IMG/VR virus record: IMGVR_UViG_3300029288_006769 | Span: 1-58,366 of that record | Origin: a virus | Reading direction: 5' to 3' (one strand) | Length of the DNA stretch: 58,366 nt | Shown here: positions 1-10,241 of the stretch, piece after piece | Layout: each line of letters opens with the position of its first letter | How positions within the stretch are numbered: the first letter of the stretch is position 1 | Notes under the pieces: generated by a model | The model's database searches: none | The model's input: only the letters and a program-made list of their open reading frames with translations | Told to the model about the DNA's origin: nothing | Made by a program: the position numbers and the translations under genes

Positions 1-152
1 ATGCCTTGCAAGCCAGTAATACCCTGCAAACCTGTATTTCCTTGGTTGCCACCACTTACAAGTTCATTATTCACCTTATTTAAAATTCTGTAAACATCGT
101 CAAAAACTTTATCGACGTTTACAACACCACAAGTTTTTCTAATGTACGGCAT
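1..152 (-). CDS. tail-fibre-like protein, N-terminal part; gene continues beyond the left edge
   Basis: ATG at 152..150 overlaps the TAA of the upstream gene (TAATG). The translation MPYIRKTCGVV...GNQGNTGLQGITGLQG ends in collagen-like G-x-x repeats typical of phage fibres. Confidence 0.35.
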   Translation of the reverse strand, partial: MPYIRKTCGVVNVDKVFDDVYRILNKVNNELVSGGNQGNTGLQGITGLQG

Positions 153-583
153 TATGCTCCACCTGTAGTTGTTGTTTCTACTGGTTCAACTTTTCTTGCA
201 CTTGTAGTGCATTTTAAACCACCATCGAAATCGAATTTATTCTTATAAACAACATAATTTGCTGTTTTTGCTCCATAAGTCGGCACATTGATCGTGTCAC
301 CAAGTTCAAGTGCAGGAGTACCACGCCAATTAAGAGTCAAATCACGTCTTGGAAGGTGATAAGATGCAAGCAAATTGTCAGCAATTATTTGAGCTACAGT
401 ATCAGTTTGTACAAGATAATTATTTGGGAATCTATAAGTCTTCTTACCATTTTCAGTAATTGAAGGCGTATCAAATGCTGTTTTTATTGTTGACCCTTTA
501 AATGAATATCTTATACCGTCAACTTTAATTTTAAATGTACCAGTATTTGCATGAACTTGAAACAATCGAATTCCGTTGGGCAA
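152..583 (-). CDS. hypothetical protein, probably virion/tail-associated
   Basis: 143-aa track ORF. It is translationally coupled to the downstream fibre-like gene. Confidence 0.35.
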   Translation of the reverse strand: MPNGIRLFQVHANTGTFKIKVDGIRYSFKGSTIKTAFDTPSITENGKKTYRFPNNYLVQTDTVAQIIADNLLASYHLPRRDLTLNWRGTPALELGDTINVPTYGAKTANYVVYKNKFDFDGGLKCTTSARKVEPVETTTTGGA

Positions 584-887
584 AAATCATGAAAGAAATG
601 GCAAAACTGGTTTTAATTGACTCAAATAAAAAAACTGTTTATATTGGAGAAGAGAGTGAAAATTCAGGTTTAATCGAATACACAGAACAAACTGGTAGCG
701 AATACAGTAAACATTTTTTTGAACGCTGGGATCAAACACAAACTCTTATGCTAGAATTCATAATTTATGACAAAAATAACAAACCAATCACTTGTTTAAA
801 AGGCCTCTGGGACATAAACCATTGGGATTATCTTGATTTTTTTCCAACAAATAATATTCAAATTGTTAGTCCTTCTCATAATTCAAA

Positions 888-1277
888 ATGAATTTAGATT
901 TGGGCAAAATATCTGTCAGTGTTTCTGATACATGTATTTCTATTTATTGGGTAGAAAATCTTGGACATAATGCATGTGTAGAATCTGATCAGATTATCCC
1001 AAATCATTGGATGATTACTAGAGCTCTTGTTAGACCTGATGGTTATAGAAACCAGGGTCTTGGTTCTCATTTATTGAAAATTTTAATCGAAGAAATAAAA
1101 AAGAAAAAAGGAAAAAGTATTCTTGTTACTCCAGGTGGTTATGATGGAGAAACAGAAAAACAATTTCGCTTTTATGAAAAAAATGGGTTTATTACTCCCA
1201 AACAAGATCAAATTCCTGCTGTTTTTGACATAACAAAACAAGAACATTTAAATCAAACAAGAATCTTTTTATTATAA
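888..1277 (+). CDS. GNAT family N-acetyltransferase
   Basis: RNQGLGSHLL matches GNAT motif A (Q/RxxGxG/A). The C-terminal FYEKNGF is a typical GNAT signature. Confidence 0.55.
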   Translation: MNLDLGKISVSVSDTCISIYWVENLGHNACVESDQIIPNHWMITRALVRPDGYRNQGLGSHLLKILIEEIKKKKGKSILVTPGGYDGETEKQFRFYEKNGFITPKQDQIPAVFDITKQEHLNQTRIFLL

Positions 1278-1350
1278 TGCCCTTACCCAGATTCGAACTG
1301 AGATAGACACCGTTTTAGAGACGGCCGCTTTACCATTAAGCCATAAGGGC
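1278..1350 (-). tRNA. amber suppressor tRNA, anticodon CUA
   Basis: The reverse complement folds as a 73-nt cloverleaf: acceptor GCCCTTA/TAAGGGC; D-arm GCTT-AATGGTA-AAGC; anticodon stem GCCGT/ACGGT with loop CT-CTA-AA (U33, A37); T-arm CTCAG-TTCGAAT-CTGGG; discriminator A. Confidence 0.8.
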
Positions 1351-1351
1351 T

Positions 1352-1657
1352 TTATGCTGTTTTTAATTCCTTAAAAATAATTCCATCGTCATAACATGCA
1401 ATTGCAGTTAATTGGCCTTCAAGATCAGGTTCGTGAAAACTCCTATGGATTTTCCCAGATTCAGATACTTTTGCGTGCCATGCTTTCAGTTCAAGCAAGT
1501 TACGAACTTTGAGAAAGACAATTGTTGAATTTCCCCAAATTTTGAATTGTTCAGGGAAATCAAGCGCGTATTGCGCAAGGGCATGACTGCCCTGCACAAT
1601 ACGATATGTCTCAGAAAGATCAGCACGCACTAACACATACATTTTCAGTGTAGGCAT
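1352..1657 (-). CDS. peptidyl-tRNA hydrolase PTH2-like protein
   Basis: MYVLVRADL...VQGSHALAQYA resembles the PTH2 N-terminal core (VVRxDLxMxxGKxAAQxSHAA). SD GGAGA lies 6 nt upstream of the ATG at 1657. The gene ends 2 nt before the tRNA. Confidence 0.45.
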   Translation of the reverse strand: MPTLKMYVLVRADLSETYRIVQGSHALAQYALDFPEQFKIWGNSTIVFLKVRNLLELKAWHAKVSESGKIHRSFHEPDLEGQLTAIACYDDGIIFKELKTA

Positions 1658-1919
1658 TTTTGATCTCCTGGACTTTGGCCATATCAGGTTTATTATTTTC
1701 AGCACAACATTTTTCAATTTGTTCATAAGTCTTTCCTTTCAAAAGACTGTAAGCTATATGATGTAAACGATAATCTTTTGCCAAATATTTTAATTGTTTA
1801 AAATAACCTCCGTCAGCACCACTATTACTTTTTTGATAAAGTTTGAGTTCTGCTGTCAGAGTTCTTATGATTGCAGCTTGTTCTTTTAAATAATTTTTGA
1901 GATTTAATATCTTTGACAT
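1620..1919 (-). CDS. hypothetical protein
   Basis: 99-aa track ORF. It overlaps the PTH2-like start region in another frame. Confidence 0.3.
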   Translation of the reverse strand: MSKILNLKNYLKEQAAIIRTLTAELKLYQKSNSGADGGYFKQLKYLAKDYRLHHIAYSLLKGKTYEQIEKCCAENNKPDMAKVQEIKNAYTENVCVSAC

Positions 1920-2219
1920 TGCTAGTCTCCTGTTTATTATTGTTTTGAGTTCTGTTTGAAGATACAGTTACAATAAAAACGGGAGACTTACAGAGGTTTA
2001 AAAACTCTTACCTATATAAAACCAATAATCTACTGCATTTTTGTCTCTTTTTAAAAGTTTATATTTGCTTTCCTTTTAAATATAATCTAAAAATTTCAAA
2101 AAGGAAACAAAAATATGATCGAGTCACTAAAACTTTCAAATCGTAAAAAGCAGATAAGCACGAATTCATGAAAAGACCATATTGGCAAAATAAAAATGCT
2201 ATTGTGATTTATTAATAAT

Positions 2220-2465
2220 ATGCTTAAAATTTCAAGGCCTAATAAAGAAAATAAGTCTAAGATAATTTCATTACGGCTGAAACCTAATCAGATGAAGGAC
2301 GTTTTAAAATTAAAAGGCGACCTTAAGTTTGAGACTGTTACAGACTTAATGTGTTATTCTTTAGATATTTTTAAACGCTTACATGAATGGAAATTATTAA
2401 ACTATCATTTTTATATTGCTAATCCAGAAAATAAAAATTACAAAGAGGTCGAACTTGAATTATGA
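2220..2465 (+). CDS. hypothetical protein
   Basis: Track ORF whose end overlaps the start of the next gene (ATGA). Confidence 0.3.
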   Translation: MLKISRPNKENKSKIISLRLKPNQMKDVLKLKGDLKFETVTDLMCYSLDIFKRLHEWKLLNYHFYIANPENKNYKEVELEL

Positions 2466-2785
2466 AAACTATTACTATTACAATAGAAGCTTCAAGTCCA
2501 CAAGACACGCATAAATGCACTGTCGACCCTTCTGTCGTTGTCAATCCCCCTGCAATTCAATACTTCAAAGGTATCGAATATGCTTTATTCGGTAAAAAAC
2601 AACCAAGAGACGACCGTAAAACAGAAATTATAAAACATATAGTAACATGTTTGTCTTCAAAAGATTACCCAAATCCTCCAATTTGTTCTGAACGTAAAGC
2701 AAGAAAACTAGCAAATGAACATGTCGGTTCTTTGCTTGAAAAATTGAAACATACAACAAAAACAACTACGAGAGTAAATGTTTGA
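2462..2785 (+). CDS. hypothetical protein
   Basis: Track ORF in a coupled gene series. Confidence 0.3.
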   Translation: MKTITITIEASSPQDTHKCTVDPSVVVNPPAIQYFKGIEYALFGKKQPRDDRKTEIIKHIVTCLSSKDYPNPPICSERKARKLANEHVGSLLEKLKHTTKTTTRVNV

Positions 2786-3029
2786 AACCCTTGAATGCGT
2801 TCAATGCGGCTTTTGTTGCACGCTTGGTCCTTGTCCCTTTGGTGATTGGAACCCTATCACTCACCAGTGTAATTATTTAACCGTCAATAATAAATGTTCG
2901 AAATATGATGAAATCAAACAAAATCCATTTTCTAATTTCTCGCCAGCATTTGATACTGGCTGTTCATCAACAATTGGAAATATTAGAAGAAAAAATAAAA
3001 TAAGAGAGTTACTATGCTCTCAGAAATAA
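2778..3029 (+). CDS. small Cys-rich protein, putative Fe-S/zinc cluster protein
   Basis: CVQCGFCCTLGPCP fits the CxxCGxCC motif of the YkgJ/UPF0153 family. Confidence 0.35.
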   Translation: MFETLECVQCGFCCTLGPCPFGDWNPITHQCNYLTVNNKCSKYDEIKQNPFSNFSPAFDTGCSSTIGNIRRKNKIRELLCSQK

Positions 3030-3301
3030 CGACCTGTTCAATTTGCAGGAGAGAAACACCAGAAAAATTTTTAGAAAAACACCATCTGACTCCTGCTTCA
3101 AAAGGTGGTAAAGGCGGAAAAACAATTCTAGTATGCATTGATTGTGGAAATCAAATCCATTTGCTTTTCACAAATAATGAGTTAAGAGATTCCTACAATA
3201 CTCTCGAAAAACTACTTGAACATCCTAAGATAAAAACTTGGATCAAATGGATTCGAAAACAAAAATTCGGTGTATGTATGAAGGAGAAGAAAAAGAAATA
3301 A
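3014..3301 (+). CDS. HNH endonuclease
   Basis: HHLTPASKGGKGGKTILVCIDCGNQIH matches the H-N-H motif with zinc-binding cysteines. Confidence 0.55.
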   Translation: MLSEITTCSICRRETPEKFLEKHHLTPASKGGKGGKTILVCIDCGNQIHLLFTNNELRDSYNTLEKLLEHPKIKTWIKWIRKQKFGVCMKEKKKK

Positions 3302-3302
3302 A

Positions 3303-4121
3303 ATGGAAACTTTTTCTGATAATGGCCTAATTGTTTCAAGAAAAGACAATGTTACGACATTATCTTCTGAAACCGACTCTAGTTTTACAAAAAAAATCAA
3401 AACAAAAATCTATATGCCTGATGAATATACTCGAGCTTATAATGAAGTCTTGTCAGGAGAAGACGTAATCGTTCTGGGTATGAATGGATTCTCAACTATT
3501 ACTCCAGAACGTTGTTCTGAATGGGGAATACAATTTGGAGCTTATGAAGCTGCTTGTGAATTTCTTCTTTCTCATGCAATTGAAAAATTACAACATTATT
3601 TCAGAGGTATTAGTATTAGACTTGCCAATGGAGCCTCAGATATTGGTGTTGATCTCGCTATAAATAACACTGCTAAAAAATTTGGATTACCATTGCTTGG
3701 ACACAGTTGTCCCAAGTATTTAAAATATGTCAGGGAAGATATTGACATTCCTATATACGTGGCTCAAAATCAAGAAAGATACTCTAATGCTTTCACAGAT
3801 TCATTAGATATTCTTATTACAGCAAATGGTGGTGAAGTTACTTTCAAAGCTGATATTGATGCAGCTTTCAATAAAGCAAAACATGTAATCCCAATTGATA
3901 TATTGAGTAGCATTTCGACTACTGGTGGTCCACCTGCTTTTGACAAAAATGGAAAAGTGCTTGACGCAGTAAAAGCTTTTAACGAAAGAGTACACATTAT
4001 TGCAATGCAAATAAATAATGCAGGAGCAGACCAATGGGAAACTATAGTCGATAACTGCGAAAAAATAATAACATCAATAAGCCGCAAAAAACTATCCGCA
4101 AAAAGAGCATTCAGAATCTAA
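3303..4121 (+). CDS. hypothetical protein, possibly a Rossmann-fold nucleotide-binding (SLOG/DprA-like) protein
   Basis: 272-aa track ORF. The Gly-rich segments LANGASDIGVDLA and ITANGGEV suggest a nucleotide-binding fold; the assignment is weak. Confidence 0.3.
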   Translation: METFSDNGLIVSRKDNVTTLSSETDSSFTKKIKTKIYMPDEYTRAYNEVLSGEDVIVLGMNGFSTITPERCSEWGIQFGAYEAACEFLLSHAIEKLQHYFRGISIRLANGASDIGVDLAINNTAKKFGLPLLGHSCPKYLKYVREDIDIPIYVAQNQERYSNAFTDSLDILITANGGEVTFKADIDAAFNKAKHVIPIDILSSISTTGGPPAFDKNGKVLDAVKAFNERVHIIAMQINNAGADQWETIVDNCEKIITSISRKKLSAKRAFRI

Positions 4122-4184
4122 ATGCAAACATTACAAGATCTCTATAATTCTATCCCAAAATTTACTTGTACACCAGGTTGCAAT

Positions 4185-4670
4185 CTATGCTGTGGCCCTA
4201 CACCATGCAATACTATTGAACAACAAATTCTTAACATACAACAACCTATATTGCCATAAATTTATAGAATCAAAACCTTTAGCCTTTATTGTCTCTACAA
4301 CTTGTTTAATAAATTCTTTTACAGCTTTAAATGATTGATAAGTCTCATCCCTTGAAAGATCTTTATACTTGTTTATGATCATAAACTTATCAATTTGAGC
4401 AACAAGATCAGCATTTTCTTTACTAAATTGTTCTTTCTTTTTCCCAAACTCCTTATGGTATCCTATAAATTTTTCTTTAAACCCTTCAGGTAAATCTTTA
4501 TTGCCCTTTATCATGTCAATGACATCCATGTAGGGTACATGTCTATTAACAATAAATTCAGCATAAATAGCTTTTACATCTTTGTCGTTCTTGACAAATT
4601 TTTCAAATTCAATTCGTGTTTTTTCGGATGCAAAAGCAACAACTTCACGTACTATTTTTTCATAATTCAT
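4185..4670 (-). CDS. hypothetical protein
   Basis: 161-aa track ORF with an AGGAAA-type RBS. Confidence 0.35.
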   Translation of the reverse strand: MNYEKIVREVVAFASEKTRIEFEKFVKNDKDVKAIYAEFIVNRHVPYMDVIDMIKGNKDLPEGFKEKFIGYHKEFGKKKEQFSKENADLVAQIDKFMIINKYKDLSRDETYQSFKAVKEFIKQVVETIKAKGFDSINLWQYRLLYVKNLLFNSIAWCRATA

Positions 4671-5720
4671 ATCTATTTCCTTTTCATAAACTTACACGTA
4701 TAAAAACTCTATAAAAATTCTATTTCATGTGATTTCTAATATAATTAGACATGAAGTGTAGACGTTGCAATCATGATATTGGTGATATTCTATGGCATGG
4801 TTGGGAATTATGCGACCATTGCGGCTATCGATTCCATGTAGAAACACAACAGAGCCCAGATGATAAGGAATTAAAACATGAAAACAACACAAACAAACTT
4901 GCTCATTGCTAATGAAGTTTCATCAGAAACAATTTCTCTCATACGTTCTTTTCTGTACGAAACTGCCATTGTCAATAATGCTACACAAATTATGGTTCAC
5001 AGCAAAGACGCAAACAGTATAAACAGAACTCATTTCAATGCAGAACTCAAAAAAATTATAGATCCTGCCTACAATGGTTATTATTTTTTTACTATGTATT
5101 AAAAATATGGCAACCCTATCAATTATCTACGATTTTCATACTATGATAACAGTATGCAATAGCCCCCTCACCGGGTCGGCTGAGCATATCGGAACTTTGT
5201 TTTGGGGATGCATCTCCATTCAAGTAGTACAATATGCGAAGCAGGGTTTACCGTCCGTTAGAGTGACGCGTCAACGCTCTACTGAAATCACGTTCGAACC
5301 GTGGCGGTGGGGCTACAGCATACTCGACATATCCATGCTACAATCAGCGCGGGCACCACGGGCCAAACAAAACAAAGCCCATAAGGTGATTACATAGACA
5401 CACCCAACACCATTCTAAAGGGTATCTATTATGCTATCGAAAATCAAACAAATTTGCATTCAATTCCCAAAGTGCCCATGCAAACCCCCTATTTGCTCAA
5501 CTTATCCACATCGAACAGTTTATCCGTGCCAAACAGCTAAACTTACTTGTCCCTTATGGCAAACTGAATGTCTTGTAGACAGTAACCCAGATTCATGGGA
5601 TCTGGTCACCATACAATCAATCGTAGAAAAATATCATGATTAAATCATTCTTGATCAAACTGTGCATCTATTGCGGCAATACAAACCGTAACAGAAGCTT
5701 TTGGGTGTGTCTGTCGTTTT

Positions 5721-6416
5721 TTGTTGTCTCATTCATCATACGATTTGTCATATCAAATACTTTCACAATCGGGCTGCATATCGCATGCATTAGTATCTTT
5801 GTTATACAATATGTATCCATGCTCACTTATGACACCTTTGACAAAAAATCCAAATATGCTTCATAAAGCTATCATAACAGCATACAGAGAAAAAACACAT
5901 TTTTATTTCTCTTGCTTTATCTTTGTTTATAAAACCAGCATGACGCATAAAAAAGACAATTTTCTCAGTTTTAAAGACATAAAAACAACATGTATGCTGT
6001 TTAAAAAATACCATCGTCTCAAAATAGCGATACGTAATCACTATTTCATAGTACATATTTACAATAATCCCAAAGACTTGATATCCTTCGTCGATAAATA
6101 TGAAGGCAAACCCAGAACAGCAAAAGCAAGCAAATTAAGCGGTGCATACCTTGTCAATATAAGCAATAATAAGAAAATAGGCACCATAGCGCTTACATTT
6201 CAAGCTCTAGCACACCCATTAATCATACACGAATGTAGTCATGCAGCTCTATCCTACCACTCCACCATATTCAATAAAAACGACAAACCTACTATCAATA
6301 CGAGTAAACAAGAAGAATTTTTCTGTGACCTTGTCAGTTTCTTATATGCTGAAATAACTAACTATACTACGAATTCATATAGAACGCTCAATACGCGTGT
6401 CGGTAAAATAATATGA
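5721..6416 (+). CDS. hypothetical protein
   Basis: 231-aa track ORF. Confidence 0.25.
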   Translation: MLSHSSYDLSYQILSQSGCISHALVSLLYNMYPCSLMTPLTKNPNMLHKAIITAYREKTHFYFSCFIFVYKTSMTHKKDNFLSFKDIKTTCMLFKKYHRLKIAIRNHYFIVHIYNNPKDLISFVDKYEGKPRTAKASKLSGAYLVNISNNKKIGTIALTFQALAHPLIIHECSHAALSYHSTIFNKNDKPTINTSKQEEFFCDLVSFLYAEITNYTTNSYRTLNTRVGKII

Positions 6417-6590
6417 AAATTGGTAGTAACATAATAAACTTACGACATTAAGGAAAATTATGGAAGAATTAATTGAAGCTCTACAGATTTTATTAAAATA
6501 TGGGTGTCCTCAATTCCCAACACATTGTGAACATGACACTTTATGTAGACATAAATCCTGATCTAGTAAACGCTGATGATCTGAGTAGAC

Positions 6591-7607
6591 TTGAACAACT
6601 ACATTTTTCACCAGATAGTGACAATCCCATGTTCAAATCAACAAATTTTGGGAGCTGCTAAACATACAGGAGACACTTTGTTAATCAATTTTATAATATT
6701 ACTTGCTGGCATAGCTATTGCTGGGCTTGGTGGCGACATTTTCGTACGGGGCGCTGTAGGACTTGGACGCTGGGCACGTATTTCACCTGCTATAATAGGT
6801 GTTACAATTGCTGCTTTTGCTACATCAAGCCCAGAACTATCTGTCGCAATCAATTCAGCTCTTTCTGGTACACCTCAAATCTCTCTTGGTGACTGCCTCG
6901 GCAGCAATGTCGTCAACATAGCTTTAATACTTGCTATTGCTCTTTTAATCTCAAACATAAAAACGACAAGAGAAAGCATTAAACGTGATTTTCCTGTTGC
7001 ATTATTCATACCTTTACTTACACTCTTGCTTTTCATTGACAATAATTTCTCGCGTCTTGACGGTATCATCACTATATCTATTTTCTTAACCTGGCTTATT
7101 TTTACAATACTCCATATCATCAAACATAAAAAACAGCAAGCACAGATTTCTACTTTACATCCAGGACTCATTTTGCTTTTCTGTACGCTTGGGCTTATAT
7201 TACTCATTACAGCTGGCAAATGTATAGTTCATGGTGCAAGCAATATAGCAGCTACATTCGGTATTAGTTCGTTCATCATAGGTGCAACTATTGTTGCTGT
7301 TGGCACATCAGTACCAGAACTTGCTACAACTATTATTTCAAAATTACGGGGCCACGACGATATAAGCTTAGGCACTATTATCGGCAGTAACATATTCAAC
7401 GGCTCGTTCATCATACCACTTGCTGCTATTATTAACCCTATCAATCAACCTGTAACTTCAATCATTGTACCACTTGCTTTCAGCACGCTTTGTCTATTTA
7501 CCTGCTACCCTACACGCTCGGGCACCATAACAAAACAACAAGGCGTAATTTTGCTAGGCATTTACATAATCTATATCGTTCTTGTACTTACTGGAGTATC
7601 TAAATGA
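6591..7607 (+). CDS. Na+/Ca2+ exchanger family (CaCA, YrbG-like) cation antiporter
   Basis: Polytopic membrane protein with two alpha-repeat signatures, AFATSSPELSVAINSALSG and AVGTSVPELATTIISKLRG, plus GSNIFN. Confidence 0.75.
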   Translation: MNNYIFHQIVTIPCSNQQILGAAKHTGDTLLINFIILLAGIAIAGLGGDIFVRGAVGLGRWARISPAIIGVTIAAFATSSPELSVAINSALSGTPQISLGDCLGSNVVNIALILAIALLISNIKTTRESIKRDFPVALFIPLLTLLLFIDNNFSRLDGIITISIFLTWLIFTILHIIKHKKQQAQISTLHPGLILLFCTLGLILLITAGKCIVHGASNIAATFGISSFIIGATIVAVGTSVPELATTIISKLRGHDDISLGTIIGSNIFNGSFIIPLAAIINPINQPVTSIIVPLAFSTLCLFTCYPTRSGTITKQQGVILLGIYIIYIVLVLTGVSK

Positions 7608-8122
7608 ACACTATCAAAATTATTACACAATCCAGCTCACTACCTGATCTGCCTTACAACAAACAACACATAATTCACTCTATACAAGACTTAAATGCTT
7701 CATTACCTGATAAAAACATAGTTCCGCTCCTGTTTCAAGACCACTGGAACCCGTTTAACATTTTAACAACGCTTAATATAGACAATACGCCCTTGTTAGC
7801 TACTCGATACACTTGTCCACTCAACCCAAATAATATCTACTACGGCATTACGCCAGTTTTTATTTTCTCTGAAAACATATCTAAATATGCAATAAACTCA
7901 TTACCTAATTATATCTTTGACACCACAGATCCATCTATATACACTTACACAAAAATATATAGCCCAAAAACTAATAATCTAAGTCCTTTTATAAAAACTT
8001 ACTTGGGCACTGGTTATTCAACACACCCGACTAAACGTAATGATTATACTGTTGTGCTTGCAAACCTGCAACTAACAAATGAAGACTATATACTTGCAGT
8101 TACGCTGAGTAGAAAGGAGTAA
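7604..8122 (+). CDS. hypothetical protein
   Basis: Track ORF coupled to the CaCA gene by an ATGA overlap. Confidence 0.35.
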   Translation: MNTIKIITQSSSLPDLPYNKQHIIHSIQDLNASLPDKNIVPLLFQDHWNPFNILTTLNIDNTPLLATRYTCPLNPNNIYYGITPVFIFSENISKYAINSLPNYIFDTTDPSIYTYTKIYSPKTNNLSPFIKTYLGTGYSTHPTKRNDYTVVLANLQLTNEDYILAVTLSRKE

Positions 8123-8123
8123 T

Positions 8124-8375
8124 ATGTCTGATAATATCATGTTTAAATTAAATTCTTTTGATGATTTGAAACAATTACCAGAAGCCAATGTCACAAAATT
8201 TATAGACGGCCCAATGCAAGGTCAGATTGCTGGCATAAAAATCAAACTGCTTGAACGTAATTGCTGGTACGGCGAACCAAAAGTTGCATGGGACAAAAAG
8301 GATTTTTGCGAAAAAATAGTAGTTTGGCAAAATTTACCAACATTACCAAGCGTCAAAAAGCAATGCTCAGAGTAA
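8124..8375 (+). CDS. hypothetical protein
   Basis: Track ORF with an AGGAG RBS. Confidence 0.3.
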   Translation: MSDNIMFKLNSFDDLKQLPEANVTKFIDGPMQGQIAGIKIKLLERNCWYGEPKVAWDKKDFCEKIVVWQNLPTLPSVKKQCSE

Positions 8376-8391
8376 CACTAAATTACTCATA

Positions 8392-10155
8392 CTATTTCTT
8401 CATATCAGGTAATGCAAGACCACTATAAAATCTTCTTATGTCTGAAACTATAAAATCTAAATCAGAATTTCCAGCAATAGACAAATTATAAAAATTTACT
8501 CCAGGTTTGTCAGGATTTATAGGAATTTTTCTTGCAGTACTTATTGTTCTTTTAACTGGTTCTGTTTGTAGATTTGGCGGTAATGCAAGATCTTCAGCTA
8601 CAAAATAAATATCAAATATTTGTCCAGAAGAAAGTTGTTTGATTTGAGCATAAGTCTCTATATCAGAAGCTGAAAAACTACCTGAATGTACATGTTCATC
8701 ATAAGCATCAGTTCCTGCTCTAACTTGTTGTGACGTTGGTGCTACAGATTTTTCAGGCAATACTACATAATAAACAACACATTGTTCATCTAATTTTATA
8801 AGAAAATTTGCGTTTTGCATTGTAACAGAATCTTGCTTAGGATAACCAAATGCCCAATTTGGTTCATCTATATCAGGCACCACTATTGTTTCATTGTCAG
8901 TCTCATTATCACTATTATGTATAACAAGAATTTGTTCGCCTATTGGAGTATTTTCACCCTGTTGCAATATGATTTCCGTATCTGTTACGCTTTCAATTAT
9001 AAAAGCCGTTCCTCCAATAGTTCCTGTTGGATCTGTTAATTCTGGTATAAAACCACTCCCGGTCACTTTCCATTTTTTCGAACCTAATGATACCACAGAT
9101 AATATTATAGGTTGTACAGTAACTATCCAGTATGTCGATTGATTAAACCAATTGTTATACCTCCACACAATCTCATTTTCTGTTTCTGCTCTGTCAAGGA
9201 TAACACGAGTTTCATCAAGAACACCAATAAATGACATACCAGTAAGACCGAACTGAAAAGCTTGTCCGGGATTATTTGGGTATATAGAAGAGACGTCCGC
9301 TGTAAATGTTCCATTAATTCGGACACCATCTATAAAAACCTTAAATCGTTTATTATTTTGAATTGTATGATCATCATCTACTTGAGTCAAATCACCAACA
9401 ACATCAATCAAAAACCAATTATCGTTTGTAATAATACCCGTTAAGTCTACTACAAAAGCAAAATTCAAAGCATCGAAAGTAAACACGCATGTAGAGATGT
9501 TCGTCATAAAAATACGAAATCCCGTGCCATGAACAGCCCAACAACTTAATGAATCTGCTGTTGTTTTTTTCATCAACATCTTAACAGAAAATTTTGTTTT
9601 TCCATCAATAGGTATTCCAACAGGTTCATTGAAGGTTGCTATGCTGGAAGTACTATCGAACCCAAGACCTCTATCGATCTTTCCAGCTTTATCATATGAC
9701 ACACTAACACCATGAGAATGAGGAACGCCATCAATATTACCAGCGCACCTATTCATTAAATTTGGTCCTGAAGCTTCCATATAACCATTAGAAGCAACAT
9801 GACCTGTAGATGTAAATACCGAAGTAGAATTGTCTTTAGATAAACTTGCACCAGCTTGTAAATAATAAAACCGATTCTGTTGTGCTGAACCTAAAAACCA
9901 TAATGAACCTGCTGGAGTAGAAATATTATAGTTTGTATCGATATATCTTGAAACTTCTAATCCTGTAATGCTATCAACAACCCCAATTTTTTCGGCTGTG
10001 GAAGCAATAGTCTTCCATAAATCAAATTTTGTGCTAGACAAATCTGAAACACTAAACAACTGATCAATACTATTTATAACAACAGGAATAAAATCATTAT
10101 TTGGAGTCAATTTAATAACTCTTTCAGTCTCAGGTAACAATGGTATAGAACTCAT
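8392..10155 (-). CDS. large beta-rich hypothetical protein, possible fibre/adhesin or lectin-fold structural protein
   Basis: 587-aa intact ORF with an AGGAGG RBS. Segments such as FKVFIDGVRINGTF are concanavalin/LamG-like. Confidence 0.4.
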   Translation of the reverse strand: MSSIPLLPETERVIKLTPNNDFIPVVINSIDQLFSVSDLSSTKFDLWKTIASTAEKIGVVDSITGLEVSRYIDTNYNISTPAGSLWFLGSAQQNRFYYLQAGASLSKDNSTSVFTSTGHVASNGYMEASGPNLMNRCAGNIDGVPHSHGVSVSYDKAGKIDRGLGFDSTSSIATFNEPVGIPIDGKTKFSVKMLMKKTTADSLSCWAVHGTGFRIFMTNISTCVFTFDALNFAFVVDLTGIITNDNWFLIDVVGDLTQVDDDHTIQNNKRFKVFIDGVRINGTFTADVSSIYPNNPGQAFQFGLTGMSFIGVLDETRVILDRAETENEIVWRYNNWFNQSTYWIVTVQPIILSVVSLGSKKWKVTGSGFIPELTDPTGTIGGTAFIIESVTDTEIILQQGENTPIGEQILVIHNSDNETDNETIVVPDIDEPNWAFGYPKQDSVTMQNANFLIKLDEQCVVYYVVLPEKSVAPTSQQVRAGTDAYDEHVHSGSFSASDIETYAQIKQLSSGQIFDIYFVAEDLALPPNLQTEPVKRTISTARKIPINPDKPGVNFYNLSIAGNSDLDFIVSDIRRFYSGLALPDMKK

Positions 10156-10241
10156 AAAGACCTCCTTTTTACTTAAAAATTATAAAAACTTTACAACTAT
10201 TAAATTGGCAACATTAAAAACATTCCTCGATATCTAAAATC

